From IMG/VR virus record IMGVR_UViG_3300020044_001386, positions 1 to 25,585 of that record: 25,585 bases of DNA. The stretch is one strand, 5' to 3'. Of this stretch, positions 1-7,546 are shown in pieces. The position numbers and the translations under genes were made by a program. This stretch comes from a virus (lineage: Duplodnaviria > Caudoviricetes). Under the pieces are notes generated by a model. It saw only the letters and a program-made list of their open reading frames with translations, ran no database searches and was not told the DNA's origin. Position 1 is the first letter of the stretch. Each line of letters starts with the position of its first letter.

Positions 1-136
1 TAACCCCAGAGCCAATAGCAGTGGCTACACCAGCGGTTACGGTTGCCCCTACAACTCCCGCGACTGCGGTACCAATAGCAAGGGCAACGCCTGTTTCAAC
101 GGCAATAATACCAATAACGAGTGCGGCTGCTGGCAT
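1..136 (-). CDS. Partial (runs off the left edge) probable internal virion/ejection protein with hydrophobic Ala/Gly/Val-rich N-terminus
   Basis: Not in the ORF track. ATG at 136 lies 1 nt after the stop of 138..560. I translate MPAAALVIGIIAVETGVALAIGTAVAGVVGATVTAGVATAIGSGV..., open to the edge. Position after the nozzle and GNAT-like genes fits podovirus ejection proteins (inference). Confidence 0.6.
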   Translation of the reverse strand, partial: MPAAALVIGIIAVETGVALAIGTAVAGVVGATVTAGVATAIGSGV

Positions 137-137
137 G

Positions 138-560
138 TTAGAACTCCATTACGTAAGCGGTCATGGGTTTGCCCTTGACATCAATCTTGAGGGTCTTGAT
201 GGGCAGCCCCGTCAACTGCGCAAGCCGACCGTACCTGTTGTCAGGTGTGTAGGTGTATGCGGTTTTGACCCCAATTTTTTTAAGATACGCAGCAAGCTGT
301 TTGAAATCTTCGGCAAGGTATCGTGGCTGTGCTTCGGTTCCGATGGTGTGGATTTCCACAACACCTTTACCGCGAACCATGACAAGAAATAACACGTTTC
401 CAAGATGTACGAGCTTGGCACCTTTGTCTCGCACGGTAACGGCAAGTGCGTTAAACATCTTCTGTGCTTGCTCGTCTGAACCTGTTTCCTTTTTGAAATA
501 GTTCATCGCAATTTGCACAATCTGATCTTGCTCTTGCGTGTCCATTGCTTGTTCTGCCAT
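138..560 (-). CDS. Hypothetical protein, possibly GNAT-like virion assembly protein (T7 gp13/P22 gp14 positional analogue)
   Basis: 140-aa ORF coupled to both neighbours (1-nt gaps). Alternating strand/helix pattern (LFLVMVRGKGVVEIHTI...LAAYLKKIGVKTAYTY...RLAQLTG) is GNAT-like; the fold call is inference. Confidence 0.5.
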   Translation of the reverse strand: MAEQAMDTQEQDQIVQIAMNYFKKETGSDEQAQKMFNALAVTVRDKGAKLVHLGNVLFLVMVRGKGVVEIHTIGTEAQPRYLAEDFKQLAAYLKKIGVKTAYTYTPDNRYGRLAQLTGLPIKTLKIDVKGKPMTAYVMEF

Positions 561-561
561 A

Positions 562-876
562 TCAACCTACTTTCCAATCTGTACCGTCTGAATACACGGG
601 CACGGCAACTGCGCCACCCCCGACGACCGTAGCCCCGAACGTGGGGCCGCTTGCATTAGTTACAAACAACCGTGTGCCCACACCAGAATCTACCGCACTG
701 GGCAAGTCTGCCACAAGATATGTGGAAGGGGATTGCAGCAAAGCGACGGCGGCATTCAACTGTGTAAAGTACAGCCGCAACACGTTGTTGAGTTGGTCTT
801 GATACGGGCGGGTGTACTGATCCTGCGCCAGTGGCAGTGCTGGCGGGGAGACCTTGTTGACCAGATTGTTGCTCAT
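562..876 (-). CDS. Small tail-associated structural protein
   Basis: 104-aa ORF with ATGA overlap to the tail gene. N-terminal PALPLA..Y...QLNNVLRLYF helix, C-terminal fibre-tip-like segment ending VPVYSDGTDWKVG. Confidence 0.6.
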   Translation of the reverse strand: MSNNLVNKVSPPALPLAQDQYTRPYQDQLNNVLRLYFTQLNAAVALLQSPSTYLVADLPSAVDSGVGTRLFVTNASGPTFGATVVGGGAVAVPVYSDGTDWKVG

Positions 877-2993
877 GAGTTGCCTCGGCGACCGTCAGCG
901 CGAATATCAATTCGGGGAGAGCCAAGCTGCCACGCCACACCTTCAGCGGAGGACGAGACCTTCATAGCCAACTGACGCCCCCGCACCCGAACAAACACCT
1001 GCCCAGTGAACTCCTCCACGGGTACGGTTGTAGTGCGTGTAACGGTAGCGTAATTGGAACCCCCCACGGATGATGGGTCGTTATACCCCGAACCTGAGTT
1101 CGCCAACGGATACAGCGTCATGTCAATCGCAGGGCTTGCAGCCGTGGAGTTGCGGAACGTCACGTCCGGCAAGATGCGGTAGATGAACGCAAAGTTGTGC
1201 CCGTCTTCAATGTCAAATTCAGCAGAAGTGATAGACGCCTCAATTGGGGTAGCAGTACCCGTTGCGTTATCGTCGTAGCCCACTTCGTGATTGACCAAGT
1301 TGTTCACGTACGTGGCGGCAGTGGGGCTGCTCAAAATGCCGTTGTCCAGCCATGCGGTACGGGCCATGCTACCGTAGTACCAGATGTCCTCGGCATAGTT
1401 GTACACCACGTAACGGTTGTTTTGGGTGGAGTCGGCGGAGCAGTAGAACCACCACACCTCGTTGAACCCTTCGTTGGTACCTGCGTACACTTGAACGTAT
1501 TGTTGGGTGTTGATGTCTGAAAACACGTATTGGCGAAGATCGCAACGAAGGGTCTGCGTGCGACCATCGTACTTGTAAAACTTGTCTATACCCATCCAGT
1601 ACGACACGCCGTTGGCATACGCTGTGGCGTTTTGCCCAACAATTGAAATGTTGTCACCAACAAGTTGGGCAGGCCATTGTCTGGGGTAGCCTACGTACTG
1701 CAACGAGTACAAAGACGAATCTGTCCAAACCAGCAATTCTTGGCGGGACTGCGCCGCCGTGATGATTTTGGAACCCCGCGAAAGCTGTACAAACCCTGCA
1801 TCGCTTGTTTGGCCCGGAGTCCAGTCGGTAATAGACTGCCCCCGCGCCCAGCGAACCAGCATTGGGTTGAACGTAGTAGACCCATACTCGGTGCACCCAA
1901 GCGCAAACATAAATCGGTCAGCGTCCGAAGTTGCGATGCAAGTTTGTTCAATCGGCACGTCAGACGCATACGCGAGGCTGGAAATCGGGATGGCACGCAC
2001 AGACAAGTAGTGGAGACCCGACTGCGTACCCGTGGTTATGATGGGGGTGCCCCCCGCAGTAGCTGCAAGGTTGCAGGTCGTCCCGGTGGAGTTGACAGCG
2101 TAGTAGATAGTGCCGGGAACAAGTCCTGTGGGCAGCGCCCCCGTGGTTATCAACCGCAAGGCGGTGTTGTCGGGGATAGTTCTGCTGAATGTTGCTACGC
2201 AAGGGTTTGCAATCGTGACAGTGACTTCAGTGGGGGCGTAGCCAAGCGATGCGTCCCAGTAATACATTTTTCCGTCACTGGGGGCAAAAACCAAATCTTC
2301 GCCAAAGTTAAACTGACTCCACAAGCGCATAGGTGTAGCCGAAGTACCCTGACCCCATGTACCTGTGCCCCACCCACCTGCGCCCCAACCAATCTGCGGA
2401 ACAACGGAGTCGGGGGTAGTGCCAAGTTCGTAGAACGCATACACCCCTGTACCCCCACCAGAGCCATTTGATGTGGCAGTGCCGGGAACAAGTATGGTGT
2501 AAGTTGACGCGCTAGGTTTGGAGGTAATTAAAAAACTACCTGTCAGCGACACACCGTTGAGAGTAGGGGCGTTGTAGAAATCAACATAGTTGTCTACCGT
2601 TGCGCCACTGGTGGCGTCAGTCACAGTAACAGTTGTGTACGCTACGCCGTCAACTGTGGTGTTGGTCGCAGTGTCTGTGGCGAACGGGCTTGACCCCAGC
2701 GCGTTAACCTTTTCAAACGGGGTGATGTCGTAGTACGCGCCGCCCCCAGAGAGGTAAAACTTGACGTTGGTGCCAACACCTATCAACACCTCGGATGTGA
2801 GGATGGCCCACGCCCAGAGGGAGCGGCAGTAACCCAGAAACGAGTTAGCAGATGTGCGAACCCAGCCGCCAATCTTCTCGGGCGTGCCTTGACGGAACCG
2901 AATCTTCTCCGAGTCGTACCAACCGTTCTCGCTGGTGTATCGGGTAGTTTCGCGGTTGATTCCCGGCTTGAAGATAATCTTTTTCAGCGGCAT
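873..2993 (-). CDS. Tail nozzle / tail tubular protein B-like (P22 gp10-like DNA stabilisation) beta-propeller protein
   Basis: 706 aa; N-terminus MPLKKIIFKPGINRETT..W..SEKIRFRQGTPEKIGGW; many Trp-containing short beta strands; GAGG RBS upstream; position ahead of ejection-type genes. Confidence 0.6.
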   Translation of the reverse strand: MPLKKIIFKPGINRETTRYTSENGWYDSEKIRFRQGTPEKIGGWVRTSANSFLGYCRSLWAWAILTSEVLIGVGTNVKFYLSGGGAYYDITPFEKVNALGSSPFATDTATNTTVDGVAYTTVTVTDATSGATVDNYVDFYNAPTLNGVSLTGSFLITSKPSASTYTILVPGTATSNGSGGGTGVYAFYELGTTPDSVVPQIGWGAGGWGTGTWGQGTSATPMRLWSQFNFGEDLVFAPSDGKMYYWDASLGYAPTEVTVTIANPCVATFSRTIPDNTALRLITTGALPTGLVPGTIYYAVNSTGTTCNLAATAGGTPIITTGTQSGLHYLSVRAIPISSLAYASDVPIEQTCIATSDADRFMFALGCTEYGSTTFNPMLVRWARGQSITDWTPGQTSDAGFVQLSRGSKIITAAQSRQELLVWTDSSLYSLQYVGYPRQWPAQLVGDNISIVGQNATAYANGVSYWMGIDKFYKYDGRTQTLRCDLRQYVFSDINTQQYVQVYAGTNEGFNEVWWFYCSADSTQNNRYVVYNYAEDIWYYGSMARTAWLDNGILSSPTAATYVNNLVNHEVGYDDNATGTATPIEASITSAEFDIEDGHNFAFIYRILPDVTFRNSTAASPAIDMTLYPLANSGSGYNDPSSVGGSNYATVTRTTTVPVEEFTGQVFVRVRGRQLAMKVSSSAEGVAWQLGSPRIDIRADGRRGNS

Positions 2994-3027
2994 GGAGGGT
3001 TACCTCAGTTTTATGACATTTTCGCAC

Positions 3028-3531
3028 TTAACTTAGGAATAGCGCAATCTCTGCTTCGCGCCGTTTAACGAGTCCGGGTAAAACCTTGCCGCCCCCTTTT
3101 GTCCAAACCCTGAACGCATCGGCTGCACCCTCCCAGTCCCCTCGATTAGCCCTCATACGGATAGTACTGCGCTGGAGGTTGCCTAGTCCAAAATTGTAGG
3201 AAATAGAGACAAGAGCGTCAAAAGAGCCTTGACGCCCAACCACGCTGGGAACAAGACGAAGAACACCCCGTTCAAAATTTCCGACATCAGTGCGGAATAG
3301 TTCGTCGATCTCCGTTTTTGTCCAGACACGGTTGTCCTCCGGTTTCAGTGGGTACTCTTTGCGGATCATGCCTGTGTAGCCCTCTACCCGCACCACGGGT
3401 AGCTTGATCTGTTCTTGGTACAGCACATGACCGTAGCCAATCGTCCAGATGTGGGCAGGGCAAAGGTAGGGCCGGGAGCGAAAACCCTCGTACTTGTGCA
3501 TCAGGTCTTCACCAGCCTTGGAGAGCTTCAC
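3028..3531 (-). CDS. Endolysin, phage lysozyme (GH24)
   Basis: Catalytic-region motif EGFRSRPYLCPAHIWTIGYGH, plus FDALVSISYNFG and C-terminal W.KGGGKVLPGLVKRREAE. GTG start overlaps the holin stop (GTGA). Confidence 0.93.
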   Translation of the reverse strand: MKLSKAGEDLMHKYEGFRSRPYLCPAHIWTIGYGHVLYQEQIKLPVVRVEGYTGMIRKEYPLKPEDNRVWTKTEIDELFRTDVGNFERGVLRLVPSVVGRQGSFDALVSISYNFGLGNLQRSTIRMRANRGDWEGAADAFRVWTKGGGKVLPGLVKRREAEIALFLS

Positions 3532-4031
3532 TTTTTGCTCCAGCTACGGCTCCCGAACCAGAAACCCAAAATCCCGCCGAGCATTGCCATTTCATCGCTG
3601 GAAAATACCAAATCGCTGTAACGAATTACGTCATCCATGCTCTGAATCAACTGAGGGTTGTGCCACAGGTAGAAGCACATAAAACCATTGATCAGCAGCA
3701 GTTCGATTACAAAGATGTAAGTCACCGTTGGGCGCACGGTGCCCACGTAGTTGGCAACCCACTTGCTGGCCTTCTCAAGCACCTTCTCGTCGTGGGCCAG
3801 AGCCGCCTCAGTCATCCGGGCGTCAGTCTCCATCGCCACCTGCTCAGTGCGGATTTCCTCGATATGGGCTTGCGCGGCAAAGCCAGCAGCAGCCAGTTGG
3901 AGTTCCCGCTCAGTCTGCACACGGGCCAACGCCAGTTCATGGGCTTGATCGGCTTTGTTTTGAAAGAACTCAAGTAGTTTGGGCAAGCCGGAGATCAGCA
4001 GACCCCCAAGGGTAGAGATAAGAGACAGCAT
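3528..4031 (-). CDS. Putative holin (GTA-type 3TM holin-like)
   Basis: N-terminal hydrophobic helix, coiled segment, VRPTVTY followed by a TM helix, C-terminal ILGFWFGSRSWSKK; directly upstream of the endolysin. Confidence 0.75.
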   Translation of the reverse strand: MLSLISTLGGLLISGLPKLLEFFQNKADQAHELALARVQTERELQLAAAGFAAQAHIEEIRTEQVAMETDARMTEAALAHDEKVLEKASKWVANYVGTVRPTVTYIFVIELLLINGFMCFYLWHNPQLIQSMDDVIRYSDLVFSSDEMAMLGGILGFWFGSRSWSKK

Positions 4032-4037
4032 TATTTT

Positions 4038-4493
4038 TTACCCTTTCAGGTCAAAACTTAAATTGGGGTGGCGCGGATACTGAACAACCCGCTCACCTTC
4101 GGGGCACTTGTACTTGATCGTTGCAAGCAAAGTTGCCTTGCCATCAGCAATTTTATCTTTTTGCACCATTGTCAATTGGTAGGTAAAGGTGTCAATCTCT
4201 GGCCCAGCAGGGCCGCTAAACTTGCTTGCAGTAGTGGTAGCTGCATGCACCATACCTGCTGCATCGCGGATGCTTGGTGTAAAACTTTCAACCGAGCAAT
4301 CGTCACGTTTTTTGATTCGCGCAACCGTCACGTTGATAGGCTTGCCAGCCTCTGCCACGATCTTAAAGTTCTCCGGCGACCATTCAATGATTGCCTTATC
4401 AAACCAGCCAAACTTGTCGGCAAGTGTGTAGCTACCACCTAATGCAGCAACACTGGCGGCAACAGCCCCAATCGCTTTGGTTAGGTCAACCAT
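4038..4493 (-). CDS. Hypothetical membrane-anchored protein in the lysis region
   Basis: Strong RBS GAGGAG; N-terminal hydrophobic AIGAVAASVAALGG; beta-rich C-terminal domain with two Cys. Confidence 0.65.
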   Translation of the reverse strand: MVDLTKAIGAVAASVAALGGSYTLADKFGWFDKAIIEWSPENFKIVAEAGKPINVTVARIKKRDDCSVESFTPSIRDAAGMVHAATTTASKFSGPAGPEIDTFTYQLTMVQKDKIADGKATLLATIKYKCPEGERVVQYPRHPNLSFDLKG

Positions 4494-4502
4494 GATTACT
4501 CC

Positions 4503-5267
4503 TCAATTCTGACTTCGTACGAGCCGGATAACCATCCAACTTACATCCAATTCCCACCATTTTTCGCCAAAGTTGGGTCGGCTGGGGAACCGATGGTGGT
4601 TATTGTGCCACCCCTCACCCCACGAGAAAAGGGCCATCAACGGATTATTTTTGCTGTCATCGTGGGTTACGTACCGCTGGGTGCCGTACAGATGCCCAAA
4701 CAAGTTGGATGCGCCGCTGATCAAGAACACAAACGCCACGGGCACAAAATGCCCAAACAGCACCCCTTGGAACCCGAATAGCGCGTACAAACCCAGCGCC
4801 CACACAACGTGCAAAAGCAGAAAATACTTGTGCAGCGCCCGATAAAAGGGGTCACGCACCAACCGAAGAACGATTTTGCTGCGCGAAGTGTGCGCGGTGT
4901 TATACGCAAGCACCAGCAGCTTTAACGCGCCGTTTCGGGGGGAGTGTGGGTCGCTTGGAGTGTCAGAAAACTTGTGGTGGTTAAGGTGCTCGGCAACCCA
5001 TGAGATCGCGCTGTCCGTCCCTGCTAGATGCCCAAAAAACGCAAACAGGCGTTCCTTCCAAAGGGGCATCTTAAAACTCCTGTGGGCTAGGTACCTGTGA
5101 AATGTCACCGTGATACCTATGCACCCGTACACAAAGTACATCGCCACCGCAGTCGCCCAATTGGTGACGGAACCGCCTTGGTACAACGCAAACGCAAGCA
5201 TGCCTACGGAAAACGCCCCCATGACTCGGAACTTTATAAGGTTCAGCGTGAACGGCGATGTAGTCAT
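4503..5267 (-). CDS. Membrane fatty-acid desaturase (Delta-9/DesC/Ole1-like)
   Basis: Three His boxes HRYLAH, HLNHH and HNNHH with family context GITVTFHR, DPHSP, GEGWHNNHH.FP and WWELD; several hydrophobic helices. Confidence 0.92.
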   Translation of the reverse strand: MTTSPFTLNLIKFRVMGAFSVGMLAFALYQGGSVTNWATAVAMYFVYGCIGITVTFHRYLAHRSFKMPLWKERLFAFFGHLAGTDSAISWVAEHLNHHKFSDTPSDPHSPRNGALKLLVLAYNTAHTSRSKIVLRLVRDPFYRALHKYFLLLHVVWALGLYALFGFQGVLFGHFVPVAFVFLISGASNLFGHLYGTQRYVTHDDSKNNPLMALFSWGEGWHNNHHRFPSRPNFGEKWWELDVSWMVIRLVRSQN

Positions 5268-5947
5268 TTGACCCTCTTCATCAGGTGCTCACGCATCATC
5301 TCTCGGGCTTCGGCTTTTGTTTCCGGGCCTTGGATGTTCAGCTTCTTTACCGCCGCCTGACGACGAGCCAGCTTCTCTTTGAACGCTGCGTCCACGACTG
5401 TCCAGACCATCGTGCGGTTCTTACCGTAGGGGGTATCCACGCTATCGCCACGTTGCAAATACTCGGAGAAGTTCATGACCTGCGGGGTCTTGTAGCAAAC
5501 ACCGTTGTTCTCGTTTTTACATGCCTCACAGATCGTGGTGTGGGGTTTGACGTAAAAACGCCAGTCGGCCTTGCGAAACCCGTGCATGAACAGCGTAGTG
5601 GTGCCAAGCTGCACGTTGGTAAGGCGGTGGCTATCCTTGTGGCTCACACGCGCAAGCCCCCATTTCTTTGTGGTGCGGCGCTCGGTGTAGTTGATGCTCT
5701 CGGCATACTCACCCTTGAGTAGGATGCTGGCGCTGCTCCACGGATGGCTGTGCTCATCCTCGCCGTCAGGCTCTTCACTCTCAAAGATGTGTATATACAC
5801 GTTCGGCAAGTAATCAATCCATCGGGGGTTGTCCATGCGGTCACGGTAGAACAGGTAGTACCGATGCCAATACACTCTGCCAAACCCATCCACAAGCGCC
5901 TCGTGCCTGCCGAACTTTTCAAGGAACGTGAGGAGGAGTTTGAACAT
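5264..5947 (-). CDS. Cupin-like putative metalloprotein
   Basis: VYIH...EHSHPW....LLKGEYAE...HRL...TLF pattern fits HxH..E..H cupin metal ligands; CEAC...C in the C-terminal part; ATGA overlap with the desaturase. Confidence 0.6.
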   Translation of the reverse strand: MFKLLLTFLEKFGRHEALVDGFGRVYWHRYYLFYRDRMDNPRWIDYLPNVYIHIFESEEPDGEDEHSHPWSSASILLKGEYAESINYTERRTTKKWGLARVSHKDSHRLTNVQLGTTTLFMHGFRKADWRFYVKPHTTICEACKNENNGVCYKTPQVMNFSEYLQRGDSVDTPYGKNRTMVWTVVDAAFKEKLARRQAAVKKLNIQGPETKAEAREMMREHLMKRVK

Positions 5948-5949
5948 GG

Positions 5950-6456
5950 TCAGTCCAAGAACACAAAGCCGTAGACGTTACCCGAGGCCACAACTTCAAG
6001 GGGCACCGTACTTGCTTGCAAACAAGCAGGGGTAGCAACCGATACACCGTTTACCGTGGCGTTGCCTTCAGCCAAAAACAACTTTGTACCAACTGGGAAC
6101 GATTGCGCCGCTGCATCCGCCATAACGACGGGGGTCACGTCGGGGAGATTGTTCCCGTTTGACCCGTAGTTGATGCACCACCATTGAACAACGCCTGTTG
6201 CGGTTAACTCAAACTGCCCTTCACGAATAGGGTTCAGGTTTTGACTGTACGTGCCCGGAGGTCTATCTAAGACGGGCAGATCATCGGTCAACGCTTTGCC
6301 TGTGAGCAAACCTTGGGTGTACAGGGTAATGTTGGCTGCATCCGTGCGGGGGCCAGCCTTGGTTGTGGTGGCAATAAACGAGTGTCCGTCAGGGCACACC
6401 GCCTTATATACCTTCCACCCAAACGCTTGGTAGGGGGTGTAGGCGATCTTGATCAT
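5950..6456 (-). CDS. Hypothetical beta-rich protein (possible jelly-roll/cupin-like fold)
   Basis: Start revised from 6591 to ATG 6456 (MIKIAYTPY..., 168 aa) because it forms a TAATG overlap with the upstream stop and avoids a long overlap with 6456..6758. Confidence 0.6.
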   Translation of the reverse strand: MIKIAYTPYQAFGWKVYKAVCPDGHSFIATTTKAGPRTDAANITLYTQGLLTGKALTDDLPVLDRPPGTYSQNLNPIREGQFELTATGVVQWWCINYGSNGNNLPDVTPVVMADAAAQSFPVGTKLFLAEGNATVNGVSVATPACLQASTVPLEVVASGNVYGFVFLD

Positions 6457-6758
6457 TACAAGTCCGTAATGGCGACGTTGATTACATCGGCAGGAGGAAT
6501 TGCCGCCACAGGCGCTTGGGTCGGCAACGGAGCAAGCGACCCGGAGACACCCACCTCGGGCACAACCACAGTTTTGGTTGACTCTTCCCAATACCGGACA
6601 GGGGCGTACATGCGGATGATCGCCTCCAGCGTCTCACCTTCATAAGGCAGTCGCGCACCGATGTGCATCGTAGGGTACCCCGTGGCGGTGTAGACGATCT
6701 CCATGCAACGCGCTTGCTCGTTGACCGAGATGATTTCGTAAGTGTATTCAATGCTCAT
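6456..6758 (-). CDS. Hypothetical protein, possible tail-fibre/adhesin assembly factor
   Basis: 100 aa (MSIEYTYEIISVNE...); ATGA overlap with the adhesin-like gene. Function inferred from position only. Confidence 0.6.
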   Translation of the reverse strand: MSIEYTYEIISVNEQARCMEIVYTATGYPTMHIGARLPYEGETLEAIIRMYAPVRYWEESTKTVVVPEVGVSGSLAPLPTQAPVAAIPPADVINVAITDL

Positions 6759-7546
6759 GTGATGCTCCCGTATCTGGTACCTGTGTTAGTCCAAGTGATG
6801 TTACTGTTACCTGTTACTGCGCCGCCTCCAGCCCCGCCAAGACTTCTTGGTACGTTGGTAAGCTGCCCGGAAACAACAGCCCCGTCACCTCCCGCAGTCC
6901 CCAAGCCACCCCCGCCCCCTCCGGCTGAACCTTGGGTACCCGCTGATCCGCCACCAGAAGACGTACCCGATGATCCCGAAGACCCCGGAGTTTGAGAGTC
7001 AGCAAGATAGTCTGCAACCCCTCCGGTTCCTCCAGCGGAATTGGTGCTGCCCGTTTGTCCGCCGCCACCACCAGCGCCACCTACGGTGTATGAAAACGAG
7101 TCTTTACCACCACTTATGCCAAAATACGCGCCACCACCCCCGCCACCCCCACCGCCGCCGCCGATGGTTCCTGATGTGTTGTCAATGGTTATGGCGCTTG
7201 ACACGGAGAGTGCAAGCCCCCCGGCTGCGCCAGCAGTAGAAGCGTTGGTCGAGCCATCTGCGTTAATACCAGCCCCGTTACCCCCGGCCCCACCCATACC
7301 AACAATATAGCCGTTGTTGGTTAACGTAACCCCACTGGGGAACGATCCGCTGACGGTGAGGCCGGGTGTTGCAGTGCTGTTGCTTGACACGTAAACACCT
7401 GCATTGATGGTGACAGCAAGCATCGTATTGCCGCTCCACCCCGCAGCAAGCGCCGCTGTGCGCAAGTTAAGGTTTGTCTGATTGGTAGCAATGACGTAAT
7501 TAAACGCGCTAGTCGCGCCAGCCAGAACATTGTGGATGCCAGCCAT
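6755..7546 (-). CDS. Glycine-rich receptor-binding adhesin, T-even gp38-like (polyglycine II)
   Basis: 263 aa; NNGYIVGMGGAGGNG, GAAGGLAL, N.SGTIGGGGGGGGGGG and further Gly runs resemble gp38 glycine-rich motifs; TAATG-coupled to the fibre gene. Confidence 0.7.
   Translation of the reverse strand: MAGIHNVLAGATSAFNYVIATNQTNLNLRTAALAAGWSGNTMLAVTINAGVYVSSNSTATPGLTVSGSFPSGVTLTNNGYIVGMGGAGGNGAGINADGSTNASTAGAAGGLALSVSSAITIDNTSGTIGGGGGGGGGGGAYFGISGGKDSFSYTVGGAGGGGGQTGSTNSAGGTGGVADYLADSQTPGSSGSSGTSSGGGSAGTQGSAGGGGGGLGTAGGDGAVVSGQLTNVPRSLGGAGGGAVTGNSNITWTNTGTRYGSIT

Noticed and set aside
2994-3027. Possible internal promoter (TGCGAAAAT) upstream of the nozzle gene
   Set aside because: Only a weak -10 match with no supporting -35 or repeated motif elsewhere; too little evidence to list.
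3440-3490. Cys in place of the usual Asp in the endolysin E-x8-D-x5-T motif as a sign of inactivation
   Set aside because: The YxCPA variant is common among GH24 phage lysozymes; the catalytic Glu and Thr are retained.
4491-4502. Identical GGAGTAATCATG at the starts of 4038..4493 and 19305..20297
   Set aside because: Explained by Shine-Dalgarno plus start codon; only about 5 free bases match.
6457-6591. Cys-rich N-terminal extension of the 5950 ORF (would look like a metal-binding or RiPP peptide)
   Set aside because: It is an alternative frame inside 6456..6758; the TAATG-coupled ATG at 6456 is the better start.
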